Source: Batkoa obscura
Taxonomy: Eukaryota
Assembly (NCBI GenBank): GCA_030770535.1
Contig: JASVEC010000018.1
Location: forward strand, 62,001 to 126,000
Direction: 5' to 3'
DNA length: 64,000 nt
In this document: positions 14,890 through 27,399 of the stretch, piece after piece
Position numbering within the stretch: position 1 is the first letter of the stretch
Layout of the letters: each line of letters begins with the position of its first letter
Notes under the pieces: generated by a model
The model's input: the letters and a program-made list of their open reading frames with translations, nothing else
The model's database searches: none
Told to the model about the DNA's origin: nothing
Position numbers and translations under genes: made by a program

Positions 14890-15830
14890 TTTATTAAAAA
14901 ATTGATTTATAGGAAGATAAAGTGATTTCTTAGTTTTAGTTGAATTTAAGTTTTAGCAAATAAGTGCTCTATTTTTCACATTTTTTTAAAAAGTTAGCTT
15001 TGGTGGCCGCGTAAATTTTGAAAATTATAGATATAACTTTATTAGGTAGTTTATGGGCTTGTGTAGTGAGTAATTTGTTATTATTGAAAATCTAAGTCTA
15101 AAAGAAAAGTACTGATGATGATAACATTAATTTGGGCAAAGAGCAATAGGTTTCTTTAAAATACATATAATATTGGGTTTATAAATTATATCCTTTTATT
15201 TTACTATTTTTTATAGTTTATAATTAGAAAATATGCATAAATTTATAATCAATAACTCTATTGAAATAAATGCTTCTAATAATAAATAGAAACCACAAAA
15301 TGCACAAGAGCTCACCTTGAAATCACTAGTCACAAATTGTATTTTTTATTAACTTTTTGTTGTTCAAATCACATTAAAAATTATTTTATTACTGATGTAG
15401 AAAAATTAATAATTTATATTAGAAAAAAGTTTCTTGTTACAAGCATTGTTACTAGATTTGATTTAAAACCTTATATGAAGTAAAGTGAATTAAATAATTA
15501 ATAGAATTGCAACTATACTAAAAAAAATTGTATTTTTTTTCAAAACCTTTTAAATTATTTATAAAAATGTCTACACATTAAAAATAAGCTTATCAAATGC
15601 GTATAATTAATTTAAACTCAAATAAATATCAGGCATTCTATAGTTCTAAAGTATAAATATTTATATATAATCGCTGATTTAATGCTATAGCTATTTATGA
15701 TTTTATACATCAATGCTAAATTATTATACCATGTAAGTTTTTTGAGACTTATAGACAATATTGTCTTCGGTATTTTGACAACAATTCAAGTTTACACTGC
15801 TCTAGATTCCTTTATATTCTCTATATTATA

Positions 15831-15928
15831 TGAGAATGTTTTTCAGTTTTATTAACTTTTCTATTTTTAAGCACTATTTAAGCAGAAAAATTGTCAGTAA
15901 AATCCTTAAACAAAAAGATACATCCTCA
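15831..15928 (-). mobile_element. MITE copy 2 (diverged)
   Basis: Reverse copy: TTTTAAGCACTATTTAAGCAGAAAAATTGTCAGTAAAATCCTTAAACAAAAAGATACATCCTCA. Confidence 0.75.
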
Positions 15929-15990
15929 CATCGTTGTTTTTATTTATATAAAACTTTATCAGAAAGATAAGAGTTTTGTAAAGAAACAGA

Positions 15991-16090
15991 TGAGGACGTT
16001 TTTTCGGCCTCATCACTTTTTCCATCTTTTAAGAGCTATTTGAGTGGAGAAATTGTTAGTAAAATTCTTAAATATAAAAATATATCTCCA
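15991..16090 (-). mobile_element. MITE copy 3
   Basis: Reverse copy: TGAGGACGTTTTTTCGGCCTCATCACTTTTTCCATCTTTTAAGAGCTATTTGAGTGGAGAAATTGTTAGTAAAATTCTT...ATATATCTCCA. Confidence 0.8.
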
Positions 16091-16496
16091 GATATTGTTT
16101 GTTTAAAATAGTAAATTTAAATTTAAAGATTAAACAAATTAAAAAATTATTTGAACTAAAGTTGTACTAAATTCCAAACTAGTTTGTCAAATTAACATCA
16201 AAGTCAATACTTCAATGAGAATGTCATTAGTGTTAATAATGATATTTACTAACTATATAACAAATATACTATAAACATTTTTAGCTCATTTTTTAAAATA
16301 ATATGATTAGCTAGAAGGCTAGCAATATGCCTATTCATGATTAAGAAAATATAAAGAGCCTTCTATATCAAAGAATTTTGTCAATTGAAGTATCATTTCA
16401 AGGGTTTATATCACATATATACTATTAAATTTATTACCAAAATGTAGTTTTAATTAGAATACCTATGACTAAGTCCTTAAAATAGACTTAATAGTT

Positions 16497-16887
16497 CTAG
16501 TCGGTGGTGTTAGCCTCAAATGCTCATTTCTTACCATCATACGGGGATGTTTTTTTACCTTTGAGGATTTTACTAAGAATTTTTCCGCTCAAATAGTGTT
16601 TAAAAGGTGGAAAAAGTAATGGACCCAAAAGAAACACTCCCATATAATTTTATTTCTCCACCTGCTTTAAATTTAAAAGACTTCTTATCTCCTGGGATAA
16701 ACCTCTGGCGTCTTTGACCAGTGGCTTTACCAAGATTCTCAAACAACATTTCAGGATTCTCTTCAAGTATCTTATCTCTTACAGATCGTAAAACACGTAT
16801 AAACCCAAAGATGCTGATGTGATCTATTTCGATCTCTTTGTAAATCCTCTTCATATATATTTTCTTTGTTTTGATCAAATGCACCAT
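16497..16887 (-). pseudogene. Degenerate HMG-box (Nhp6/HMGB-like) gene interrupted by a MITE
   Basis: RDKILEENPEMLFENLGKATGQRRQRFIPGDKKSFKFKAGGEIKL resembles HMG-box helices 1-3. The frame continues as YDGKK*AFEANTTD* once the MITE and one TA are removed. The conserved Trp is lost and there is an internal stop. Confidence 0.5.
16542..16642 (+). mobile_element. MITE copy 4, with clean TA target duplication
   Basis: TA(16540-41)-CGGGGATGTTTTTTT...AAAAGAAACACTCCCA-TA(16643-44). Confidence 0.85.
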
Positions 16888-17484
16888 CTATTGAAAGCCC
16901 GAAGATACCTACTTTATCAAAAAATCTATTAGATATCTTGCTTTGTTTAGCTATTTGTTAAATTATCTTGTTATTAAAATAGTAAATTTATTCAATAATT
17001 TATCTACTATAAATTTTAAAGTTAGTGTATACACTCTAAAGTTTATTTTAATTCAACATGCTCATTTTATCTTATTTTTTGAAATGCAACCCTTTCCTTA
17101 AAATTGAGGCTAAAATATCTAAAATTTAATAATAGTTAGTTGAAATTAGACATATAAAGAAGTAAAAAAATATATACTGGTCCTGTTAGTACAGAGAATC
17201 TTTATTTTATATCAAATAAAAGTAAAACAAATTTACTCTTTTTAGAAGTTGAGAATCACATGCAAATATATTAAGGTGGGGCTTAAATTAATAATTTAGT
17301 ATAAAAAAAATTAAGTTGCGTTTTAAACGATTGAAAATAAAGTTAAACTGATTATAACAAAAAATAGTAGAATCAATCTTTAATCATCAGCTATATATTG
17401 TATAACTTAAACTTATTAAATTTCGATTTAATAGTTTAATTCTTTCTTTAAACATCAACTTCGTTTTATTATAGTTCAATAATA

Positions 17485-18951
17485 ATGGTAATTGATAAAT
17501 TAAACTTAAACTCAGATACTCTACAAAGAATATTTGGGACAAGATGGTTAACAAATATAACATTAATAGCAGGATGTTTATCAACAACATGTGGTGGAAT
17601 AGTTTACAGTTTTTCTTTATATGGCCCCCAAGTTGCTTCCAAACTAGGTTATACTTCCCTACAATTAAATCTTATAGCAATTGCGGGTAATCTAGGTGTC
17701 TTTGTTTCTACACCTTATTTCGGTTATTTGTCTGATAATTATCCTACTTCAAGGTAATGCTTTTGAATTTTATTATTAGTACAATGTTTAAATTGGCTAT
17801 TTTTTTGTAAAGTGTTGGTTTATATTCTACTGTATTATATTTTGTTGGATTTATGTTAATGTCACTAACTTATAACGGCGTATTACCTTCCGCATTTGTT
17901 TTGATGATGATTTATTACTTCATGGTAGGTATGGCTGGAGGCTGTGCATATATTACTGCCACAGCAACTACAGTAAGTATTAATATTTTGTAGCTTTTTT
18001 TGATATTAAGTAATTTATTTTTAGGGACATAATTTTAGACATAAACGAGGATTTGGGATAGGAGTACCAGTAACCTTTTTTGGGTTATCAGCTTTTTTAT
18101 TTTCATTAGTTTATCATCAATTTTTTGTTAACGGAGATGAGGCAAATACCTCAGGGTATTTATCTTTCATGGCTATTTCAACTAGTTTAATTACTTTTAT
18201 TTCTTCACGCTTTTTGATTAAATTAGATTATGAAGTAATGATAGAAGAAGATAACAATGAAGCTGTTCGTACCAATAATAATGGTGATATTGATATTGGA
18301 GGCATGGATTTATTTTATGATTGGGATGCTCGTTTATTATTTATAAGCATATTGTTTATTGGAGGATCTGGTTTAATGTACATCAATAATGTTGGATCAA
18401 TGCTTCATACATTAGAAGTAGTTGAAAAAATAGATAACTTGCCACAATTACAAGCGTTGAATGTTTCTGTATTTTCTATTCTCAATTGTTTATCTAGATT
18501 ATTATTTGCAACTAGTTCAGATTATTTAGCTTATCATTTTAAAGTAAAGCGCACTTATTTCTTATTATCGTCTGCAATTATATTAGCCATTTCTCAATTA
18601 ATTTCAGGTTATGCAGGTATTCATCAAATAGTTATTTGCTCAAGTATTATGGGAATTGGATATGGATTTATGTTTGCAGTTGCGCCAACATTAACCTCCG
18701 TTTGGTTTGGTACTATTCGATTTGGAATAAATTGGGGTTGGTTAAATATAGGCCCAGCACTAGGTGGACAATTATTTTCACTATTGTTTGGACTAATTTA
18801 TGACTCAAATCTTTCCAGCTCATCAGAACTTATATGTAACAAAGGAAACCTTTGCTATAGATCGTCCTTTTTAATCACTTCTTTCTTCTGCATTGTTGCA
18901 GGTTTACTTTCAATTGTACTGATTAAGAGGCGTGAGGTAGTATTGATTTAA
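17485..18951 (+). CDS. MFS transporter, Mch1/nodulin-like family
   Basis: GIVYSFSLYGPQ..LGY..QLNLI..GNLG, GVPVTFFGLSAF, GSGLMYINNVGS, FGINWG..GPALGGQLFS..FGLIYD, C..G..CY; 2 introns. Confidence 0.85.
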
Positions 18952-18965
18952 TAAATTGTTTGGCC

Positions 18966-19035
18966 TTTTTATTTTATTTTATTTTTATTTTTATTTTTAT
19001 TTTTATTTTTATTTTTATTTTTATTTTTATTTTTA

Positions 19036-19066
<31 letters not shown>

Positions 19067-19068
19067 TT
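18966..19068. repeat. (TTTTTA)n hexanucleotide microsatellite just 3' of the MFS gene
   Basis: Directly visible tandem array. Confidence 0.95.
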
Positions 19069-20401
19069 GTTTATAGGTTTAATCATGTACAACTATTATT
19101 ATCTTAATTAAAATATATATATTTATAAACTTATTTAAAATTTTGATATTAATATGGTTTAGTCCTAATATAAAATTTAACTTATTTTAATTTTACATTT
19201 AACGACAGCAAGTTTAATAAAAGGTTAGAATATGACACACATTTAATAAAAGATAAGGTATACACACTATGGTGTAAATTATACAAGTTATAGATACTAT
19301 AATTGTCAAAAATAATATCAATTTTTTAATTAAATCAGACTATTTTATAGTGCATATTTTAATTTGATAGTGCTCATAAAATATCAAATCAAGAATTATA
19401 TGTTTATATAGTTTAGTCATTAATTTAACATAAAGCCGATAAAAATTTTAAAGGGACTTTAAATTGACACATAAACTTAAATATGCTCTTTTAATAACAT
19501 TAAAACTTAGATCTTTTATTTTAGTTAGAAATATCATTTTTTACAAAGTTTAATAAAATTAGGCTGCTTTTATATAAAAAACATTTTTAATCATTAGCTT
19601 GGTTTTCGAGAATATTATCTCCTGTTAACTGGAATTAAGTATAGTTCATAAATTAATTAATTAATTAATTTAACTTTACATAATAATCCAGAAAAAAATC
19701 ATTTTTGTTTATGTATTATTTAATCATATAGCTCATAAAATGATAGCTTTTAATTAAATATTAATTTATGAGAACTCTATAACAAACAGTTCAATATAAA
19801 AGTAATGTCCAAATCAGAACTATAATACTTTGAAAGTTAAAGGTTAGCTAATATATTATCATTATATATTATACTGTATGTGCCATATATTACTACTATA
19901 AACATTAATAGCTTAAGTTTGACTTTTATTAAATTCTTTAAAATAATTGATGAGCCCACATTACACAAAATGAAATAATTAAGCACCTTAAATACTTCTT
20001 AGAAATAGTAGCGGGTATCTGTTTAATTAAATCAATTTTACTTGCAGCTATCTCCCTTGATGAAGTAAACTATTTAGCTGCTATTCTTTAGAATGACTTT
20101 GAAAATGCTTGGCTACTTCATACCCTGGTAACTATAATATTAAATGCTATTTTAATAGTGGTATTAACAGCGCATGTTTACACCATTGAAAATAAAGTAT
20201 ATAAACAAAGACAATACCAACTAAAAAATTCAAAAAATTAAAGTTGCTTTAATCTACAAAATAATAAGTTCTTAATAAAATATTTTTTTATCAGAACAAA
20301 GTTTACAAAAATCAATTAATTATACTTAATCTATAAAGATTATCAAATCAATATAAATACAGAAAACCACCTAATTTTGCCTTTTACTTTTCAATAATAT
20401 A

Positions 20402-20995
20402 ATGATCATGAAGTCCGGTACTTTCTTTGTTCTTGCTATCTTATTCTTATTGCAAATCATTTCTCCCAAGGTTATTGTAACAACATCAGTTAAAACATAT
20501 ATCGTCAAATCCGAAGAAACAATTAAAGCCGAAAAAGCACAAAAAGAAGCAAGTAGCCTATCAACCAAATCTTTCCCAAACGATAGTTATGAGATGTTAT
20601 GTCGAGTGAACAAATTGAGGAGAGAAAATGGAAAATCAGAGTTAAGGTTAGATCAACGTCTTAATGAAGCTGCACAAAAACATGCTGCTGAAATGGCTAG
20701 AAATAAAAAGATGAGCCATGTTGGTTTCACTTCAGATACCAAAGAATTTAATGCTCGTATTAAATTAAGTGGTTACATTCCTACTTATTCTGGTGAAAAT
20801 GTTGCTTTTAATCAAAAGAATATTGCCCAAGCTATGAACTCATGGACTATATCCGAAGGCCATAGAGCCAACTTGTTAGGTGATCATTATGAATGTCTTG
20901 GATATGGTATGGTTGATTTATATTGGGCACAAGAATTAGCTAGTGGTACAGACTGTTCACAAAAGTTTAAAGTTGATTGCTCCAATATGGTATAG
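20402..20995 (+). CDS. Secreted CAP/SCP (PR-1-like, YkwD-type) protein
   Basis: Hydrophobic signal peptide; VNKLRRENG..L..D.RL..AAQKHA.EM....MSH; GENVA; WTISEGHRANLL; intronless. Confidence 0.88.
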   Translation: MIMKSGTFFVLAILFLLQIISPKVIVTTSVKTYIVKSEETIKAEKAQKEASSLSTKSFPNDSYEMLCRVNKLRRENGKSELRLDQRLNEAAQKHAAEMARNKKMSHVGFTSDTKEFNARIKLSGYIPTYSGENVAFNQKNIAQAMNSWTISEGHRANLLGDHYECLGYGMVDLYWAQELASGTDCSQKFKVDCSNMV

Positions 20996-21119
20996 TTATT
21001 ATAGATTAGTAGTTATTTTGTAAATAGCACTTAATAAATTAATAATTAATATCAAAAAAATAATCTTTTTAAGCTTATTATCTTTTATTTCTACTTATAT
21101 TATACTGTATGCTTCTGGT

Positions 21120-22292
21120 TTATATTTCTGGTAACAAATAATTATGTTCATCCCAAAACTTTTTAGATATGATATCAATATGATGGATAGTAACCTTTCC
21201 AGGTTTTAGAATTGACTTTGCTGTTTCTACTTCATTATTTATAATTCGTACATCATTTGGAGTTAATTCAGTATTTTCAGCTTCTTCTAACTTCAATATC
21301 TTTTCAGGGTTATTGTTTGTTCCATTAGAGCTCATAGTTAAGTTTTTTCTCTCATGAATTTTCTTAACAATCTAACACATTGATGAGTTAATGTTTCTAA
21401 TTACATATAAATATTACTTTAGGTTTAAAGATAACAGATCCCTTTCTATGCATTTCAGGCAGTTTACTATAGTTTATATTAAATTTCGTAAATAAAAGCT
21501 CGTTTTTATCAGAAGAAACGGTATCCTTAATGAGTTGAGATATTTCAATTATAAAAAATCAATAGTATATTTACCTTCAAATATTCTTGGGCTTTTTTAT
21601 TACTGACTCCACTTTCGACTAATTTCCAAAAACAGTAATTATAAAGATTATTAATATGACCTATGTGTTGTATTTAATACTTTATTTAGCACTTTATAAA
21701 TTGTAAATTTACAATCGACTTGCCTCCATGATAAATAATCTTTTAAGCTTTTAATAGAAGGGTAACAAATCGCTCTCCCATCAAATGAAGGTGGGTAATT
21801 TAATTTGGTTGTTGGAAAAAAGTCATTCCAATGAAAAGTATAATTGCTTGTAAATTTGCTCACTACTGTTGATATCAATTTACTTTAAAAAGTTTAATAA
21901 TTTTTTTTTAATATTTGCTTATTTTACCTAGCTCTTCTATCATATTGTTCGGTATCATATTTGAAAACAAAACTATATGTTATTAATAATCTCGTGTTTT
22001 TTAGTGCCTTTACCTATACTCGTCGGATTGTCCATAAGCAAAAAATATGTCAGAATTATCCCTCATTACTTCAAGAGCTGCCTTGTTCATTAGATTAATT
22101 CCTCTATCATCGTTTGGTTTTGTAAAAGAGTGTTTGGTAGTAAACCTATTTACAGTTAGTTATCCAAGAATAAATAGTACTCCCTTACTTATGGAATGCT
22201 TGTCCATCAATCCTTATAACGATAAAGGTGCCTTTCAATAAACTGTCATTTTGCTCAAAATCTCTTACATATTCATATTTTGATTTTGCCAT
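21120..22292 (-). CDS. THG1: tRNA(His) guanylyltransferase Thg1
   Basis: MAKSKYEYVRDFEQ, RIDG..FH, KPND, AYGQSDEYS, PPSFDGR..YPS...LKDYLSWRQVDCHINNLYN, NELLF..FNINY, KGS, HIDII...FW. Confidence 0.95.
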
Positions 22293-24283
22293 CTTTAAAA
22301 ATGGTTTGACAATGAGTAAACCAATTAGATAATATAATTGTTGATTTTTAAGAATAGAATGATTGGTTAAATTAAATATCTAAAAAAACTGTATATTTCT
22401 TTAGCTTAGAAAAGCAAAAAACGATAATATATAGAGCAATCTAGTATAAGGAAAATTCATAAAGAAGTTGAATGTAAACCAAACGATATAAAAAACGTTT
22501 ACTCTACAGCTACTCTGAACTTCTCCTTTTTTAAGTAGATATAGCGACTAGTACTATTAAATCAATTTTATTTCAAAAGTCAATAGTAGCTTGTAAAATA
22601 AAATAGATATATTTTTATCAACTATTTAAATAGAACATTATTTTTCGATAAATAGCCAGTTAATCTTATTGCTTAAACCTGTTTTTAATAAAGCCAAATT
22701 ATATTTCAACTAAATCTTTATAATAAATCTTTACTTTATAGTGACTATTACTTTATCTCTAAATTAAAACTCACTTTATAATTTATATTATATTATTCAA
22801 TGCCTTATGGTTGGAAATAGAGTACATATTCCCACTACATAGATATTTGATTGATTTTAAAAACTAGAGTTTAACACCTTTACTCTGATACTAATTGATA
22901 AAAATAATGGTTCCAATCTGATTAAAAACAGATACTGGATTTTAGTAAAGTACACATTTTTATCTCAGAGGCGAAAGGACTTTATATAATAATGGGATAC
23001 ATCTATTTGTAACCATTTTGAGTTTTCTATACATTTAATATTAAAGATGCTAACTTATTTTTGAAACAAGTTGCTCCTGGTCAATTTACTGCAAGTCGGA
23101 TATTAATATTGTTGAAGTAGTTAAGCAGGTTTTTAATGTTCTTTTACAATATTTAGAAACCAGGTGATCATTTGATATTAACATGATATTAAGTAGTTCT
23201 AACTATAGACCTATAATAACTTTGATTAGCTGTATGTATAACGACTATTGAATTTTATTGCATATTTTTTCGTCCATACTCCTAAAACTATAATTTAAGG
23301 CACTCTATCATTTATAGAATATCAACTTTGACTTTGTCCTTAAGACATCAATTCCACTGAGCAATTTAAACATGTCTTCTATATTTAAATATAGCTCTTA
23401 CTTTATATTATAATATAAACTATAGACATGTGAGTATATTGATTCCATGCAACTTCCTAATTCAATTTTTTAAACCAATGATACTATATATTTACTAATA
23501 TCGTAATTCATTATAAATAATACTATGCTTTTTAATGAGTTTTTTAGGAGAGTTTAAAGTGGTAATTTTCTACATTTACTTAAAAATTTAATATCGCTTT
23601 AATACAAAATCTTGTGAATTGGAAAATCAGAAGCATATAATTTACCTTTAAATTTTAAAAGTATTTCCATTTTACTTTTATAGTAATACCATTCTTACCA
23701 CTTCAGAGAAGGCACCCAATAATTATATTGCATTTAATGCTAAAGAATCAAATTGGGATTTTAATTTCCTTAATTCCTACTATTAAATGTGAATATTTGA
23801 TTATTAAGTCTTATAAGCGAGAAGAGGCTTATAAGATATTAGAATTTATGTAGCTATATGACAAAACTATCCCTTCAACAAAGTAATATAGCATGGAGTT
23901 TAATTAAATGACTTATAAAATGATTCAATGAGTATGTGGTAACCAAGGAGCTGATTGTGATTTTCTTAATTTCTAAAAGCTATACATATTTAGTATAAAA
24001 CTTTGATCTCAATTCAAGATTAAATAAATTTCTTTATTCTAATATGCTTTTATACATATTTTATTTTATATCATAATCTCCCAACTATTAAAAAGTTGAT
24101 CCAGAATAAATTAACCATATAATCTCAAAAAAATAATTTTATTAAATAGCCCCAATTATACTCATTTGTACTCTTGTTAAATAAAGTTAAACAAGTAAAA
24201 GGGAAAGTATATTAATTTAATTGGATTTATTTACAAAAACGAATATATATTAAACAGTATGCATTTAACTTTTACTTTTTTAA

Positions 24284-25207
24284 ATGTTTAGTAATCACTT
24301 GGAAGGAAATTTGGCATCTAGTATCATATTCGTTATCGCTGGAGTTTCAACAATCCTCAATTTATTAGTAACAATAGTTGCATTCAAACTTGATCCTACG
24401 GCAAATGTCGACATTATAATTACATTGTTAATTTCGTTGGTTGACCTTGTGATATCTTTATTTTATTTTATTTCACAAATCGCCATTTGGATATCAGACA
24501 ATCCTCTTTTGACTGATGGGAGTGTACTTTGCTGGTTTAATAGTGTTATTAGTGAATTTTTTTCTTCCAATACAGTTACATTTTTATCGATTTTAGCTCT
24601 GATAAGGTATCTTTCAGTTGTTAAGAAAATTAAGATATCCTACTTAATTATAATTTTATCTACAGTTGCTATATTTTTATTCAATTTGGGAATGCTAATA
24701 GGTGACTTTGCCATTTCGATCCCAAAGGTTATGCTGAATGATAATTATTGTAGACCAAGGAGGGTGGTTGAAGGAAAGATGGCAAAAATATTTATTGATG
24801 TATATAACAGTGTGCTTTTGGCAAAGTATGCTATTTTTATCATGGTTACTTATTTTAGTTATATCGGGATCGTCCTTTTTCGGTATAAAACAACATTAAA
24901 TTCACTATATAGAAGGTCAATTGATTCAGATGTTCTACAAAAGCACTTTAATAATTCAGTTAAAAAGAAAGTTTATATATTCTTTTTTAAAGCTATACTA
25001 TTATTGATAGGATACACATTAGCGGTTATACCAGATCTCATATCATTGATACTTTATGTAGCCTTTAATCTAAAACTTACTCCAGCCCTTGATTTAGTCT
25101 GCACAGTTCTAAGATCACTAATACCATTACTTAATCCCCTATTTGTACTTATGCTCCAAGAAGGTGTTTATTACACCCTCAAGGGATTATTTTTGAATAA
25201 AAGTTAA
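24284..25207 (+). CDS. Class A (rhodopsin-like) 7-TM receptor-like protein
   Basis: About seven hydrophobic segments; TM1 LN, TM2 LVDL, Cys at start of TM3, LALIRY (DRY-like), ECL2 YC, TM7 LNP; intronless. Confidence 0.7.
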   Translation: MFSNHLEGNLASSIIFVIAGVSTILNLLVTIVAFKLDPTANVDIIITLLISLVDLVISLFYFISQIAIWISDNPLLTDGSVLCWFNSVISEFFSSNTVTFLSILALIRYLSVVKKIKISYLIIILSTVAIFLFNLGMLIGDFAISIPKVMLNDNYCRPRRVVEGKMAKIFIDVYNSVLLAKYAIFIMVTYFSYIGIVLFRYKTTLNSLYRRSIDSDVLQKHFNNSVKKKVYIFFFKAILLLIGYTLAVIPDLISLILYVAFNLKLTPALDLVCTVLRSLIPLLNPLFVLMLQEGVYYTLKGLFLNKS

Positions 25208-26019
25208 TTACTTTGAATTATTATCCAAAGTATTTTAACTTAATTTGTAAATCTGCGGTAATTAAAGTTTTGTAAACTAACCAATATTCGTATGGTATCT
25301 TTTTTTCAAATTCTAACTCCATATTTAACGCATACCTTAATATCCCCCCCATTATTTTTTCTTATGTACTGTTATCTTATATAATCTATTTAATGACTAA
25401 AAGTTGTATTATTTTCCTTATATTTCAAAGACAACACTTTGATATAATTATTTTAAAATTGAAACCCGAAAAAATTTAACTTTAAGAATAGTTATACTTT
25501 TGATTTGATTTTTATATTTAAAATTTGAATTAATCAGAATTTATGGCACTAATAAATACAATAGATAAACGCCAGTTTATAGATAAATCTGTACTGTCAT
25601 TACGAACAGGTCAGCTATTGTTTTAATTCCTTTGTTTTTGTAAACAGTAAAAATCATCCTATTTAAGACTTTTGGAATTTTCATATTTTTCTCCAAAATA
25701 TGAGAATGGGAATTTAAAAAATCGAAAATTTTAATATTAATTAAATATTTTATAAAAGTAAAAACCAGCTAATAATTATAGCTCAGATAACTTTTATTAA
25801 CAACTCTTTCAAGTAGGTAGTAATTTTTATAAAAACTATGTTATCATATTATTATTTTCTATCCACTTTTACACTAAACAAAACTATATTTTAACTAATA
25901 CTTTTCAGTAGAAATTATGCTCTATTTTAAGCTTGATATAAGCATTATTCTGTAGACTTAGATTTTTCTTTTATATAATTTTTAATAAAATCAAAAATAT
26001 TTGTTTTTAATTATTTATA

Positions 26020-27016
26020 ATGCGTAACATATTATTTAATACTTGTAGACGATTCAACCAGAATTTATTAAAAGTTAGAGTTAATAGAAGGTACTTTACG
26101 GTTAACAGGCTATATTTTGAATCTTATAAAAAAGAAATTGAAGTAAACGATAGCATTATAAAAGATGAACCACAAGAAGATTTGCTATTAAAAGATTTAA
26201 ACTCGAAGCAAGAAATCGGGAATTTCAAGGAAAGTGATAATACCAAGGACCTTGAGAAAGGGTTAAATAATGAAGATAAACCAGTTGTGAGTGATAAGGA
26301 TAAAGATCTTGAGCCTATAGACTTTAATAAAGTAGAGACTGACAGTGATTGGTTTTTAAAGGAAGAATTTGAAAGCATAAATGAGGAAATAGAAATCATA
26401 GAAAACATAGATGAGCAAATAATAAAAATTGATGAAGATAAAGCAGCAAGCATGAAACCAAGCGTGTTAACAACTGAGTTATTTAAAGAGTTTTTAACTT
26501 ATTTAGGGGTTAAAGATATCGGTATAATTGATATGAGAGACAAATGTAGCTGGACAGAATACATGATTATTGCTCAAGGTTTTTCATTAAGGCATTTAAA
26601 TTCTCTTAGTGATAGAACTCGATTATTTGTAAAGCTAAATTTTATTTTATTTTATCTCATAGTGACACTACTTTTAGGTAAAAGCATGCCAACCTTTTGA
26701 TAAAACTGTGCCTGAGCTACTAAGCTTAGAAGGAAGTGATAAAGATGATTGGGTAGTTTTAGACGCAGGTAGATTCGTTATTCATTTTATGACTGAAGCT
26801 TCAAGGGAAAAATATCAATTAGAGAAACTTTGGAATAACGCTATAGATCCTTTATCAAAGTTACAAGCTTTGATAGAAAACGATCCCTCTCTTTTAGATA
26901 GACAAGAGTATTTAGAAGAGTTAGCTTCAAAATTAGAAGAACAATTGTTGGAAGATGATATAAGTTCAGAAATTATTACCAAAGGAAATATGGATGATAT
27001 GAAAGACAAACCTTAA
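26020..27016 (+). CDS. Mitochondrial ribosome silencing factor RsfS/Iojap family (MALSU1 / Atp25 N-domain-like)
   Basis: Arg-rich presequence; DIGIIDMRDKCSWTEYMIIAQGFSLRHL; after an intron, LEGSDKDDWVVLDAGRFVIHFMTEASREKYQLEKLW. Confidence 0.85.
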
Positions 27017-27399
27017 ATCGTTTATTTGGATAATAAAATAGAGTTTCAATACACTTTAAAATTAATATTATTTAAAAAACACTATCTATTATAGTATTAA
27101 ACATTGACATTATAACTTTTAATAAAACTAATAGCTTTCTCTGTTTATAGAATATGTGCTAAGTCCAAGTTTATTTGCTAGAATTTTGTCTGCTATAAAA
27201 CCCATTAAAGATTTAAAAAAGTTTGAAAATTAAGAAATGATAAGTATATGAATAAAACTTTATTCAAAGCAACCATCCCGTTTTGCATTATTTTTACAAC
27301 ATAAAATATTGCTTTATTGAAAACAATTATTTTATTTTTATTTTTATAGCAACTTTAGCAATTTAAATAAAGTTTTCAGAGCAAGATCTAGTGTTAGAA

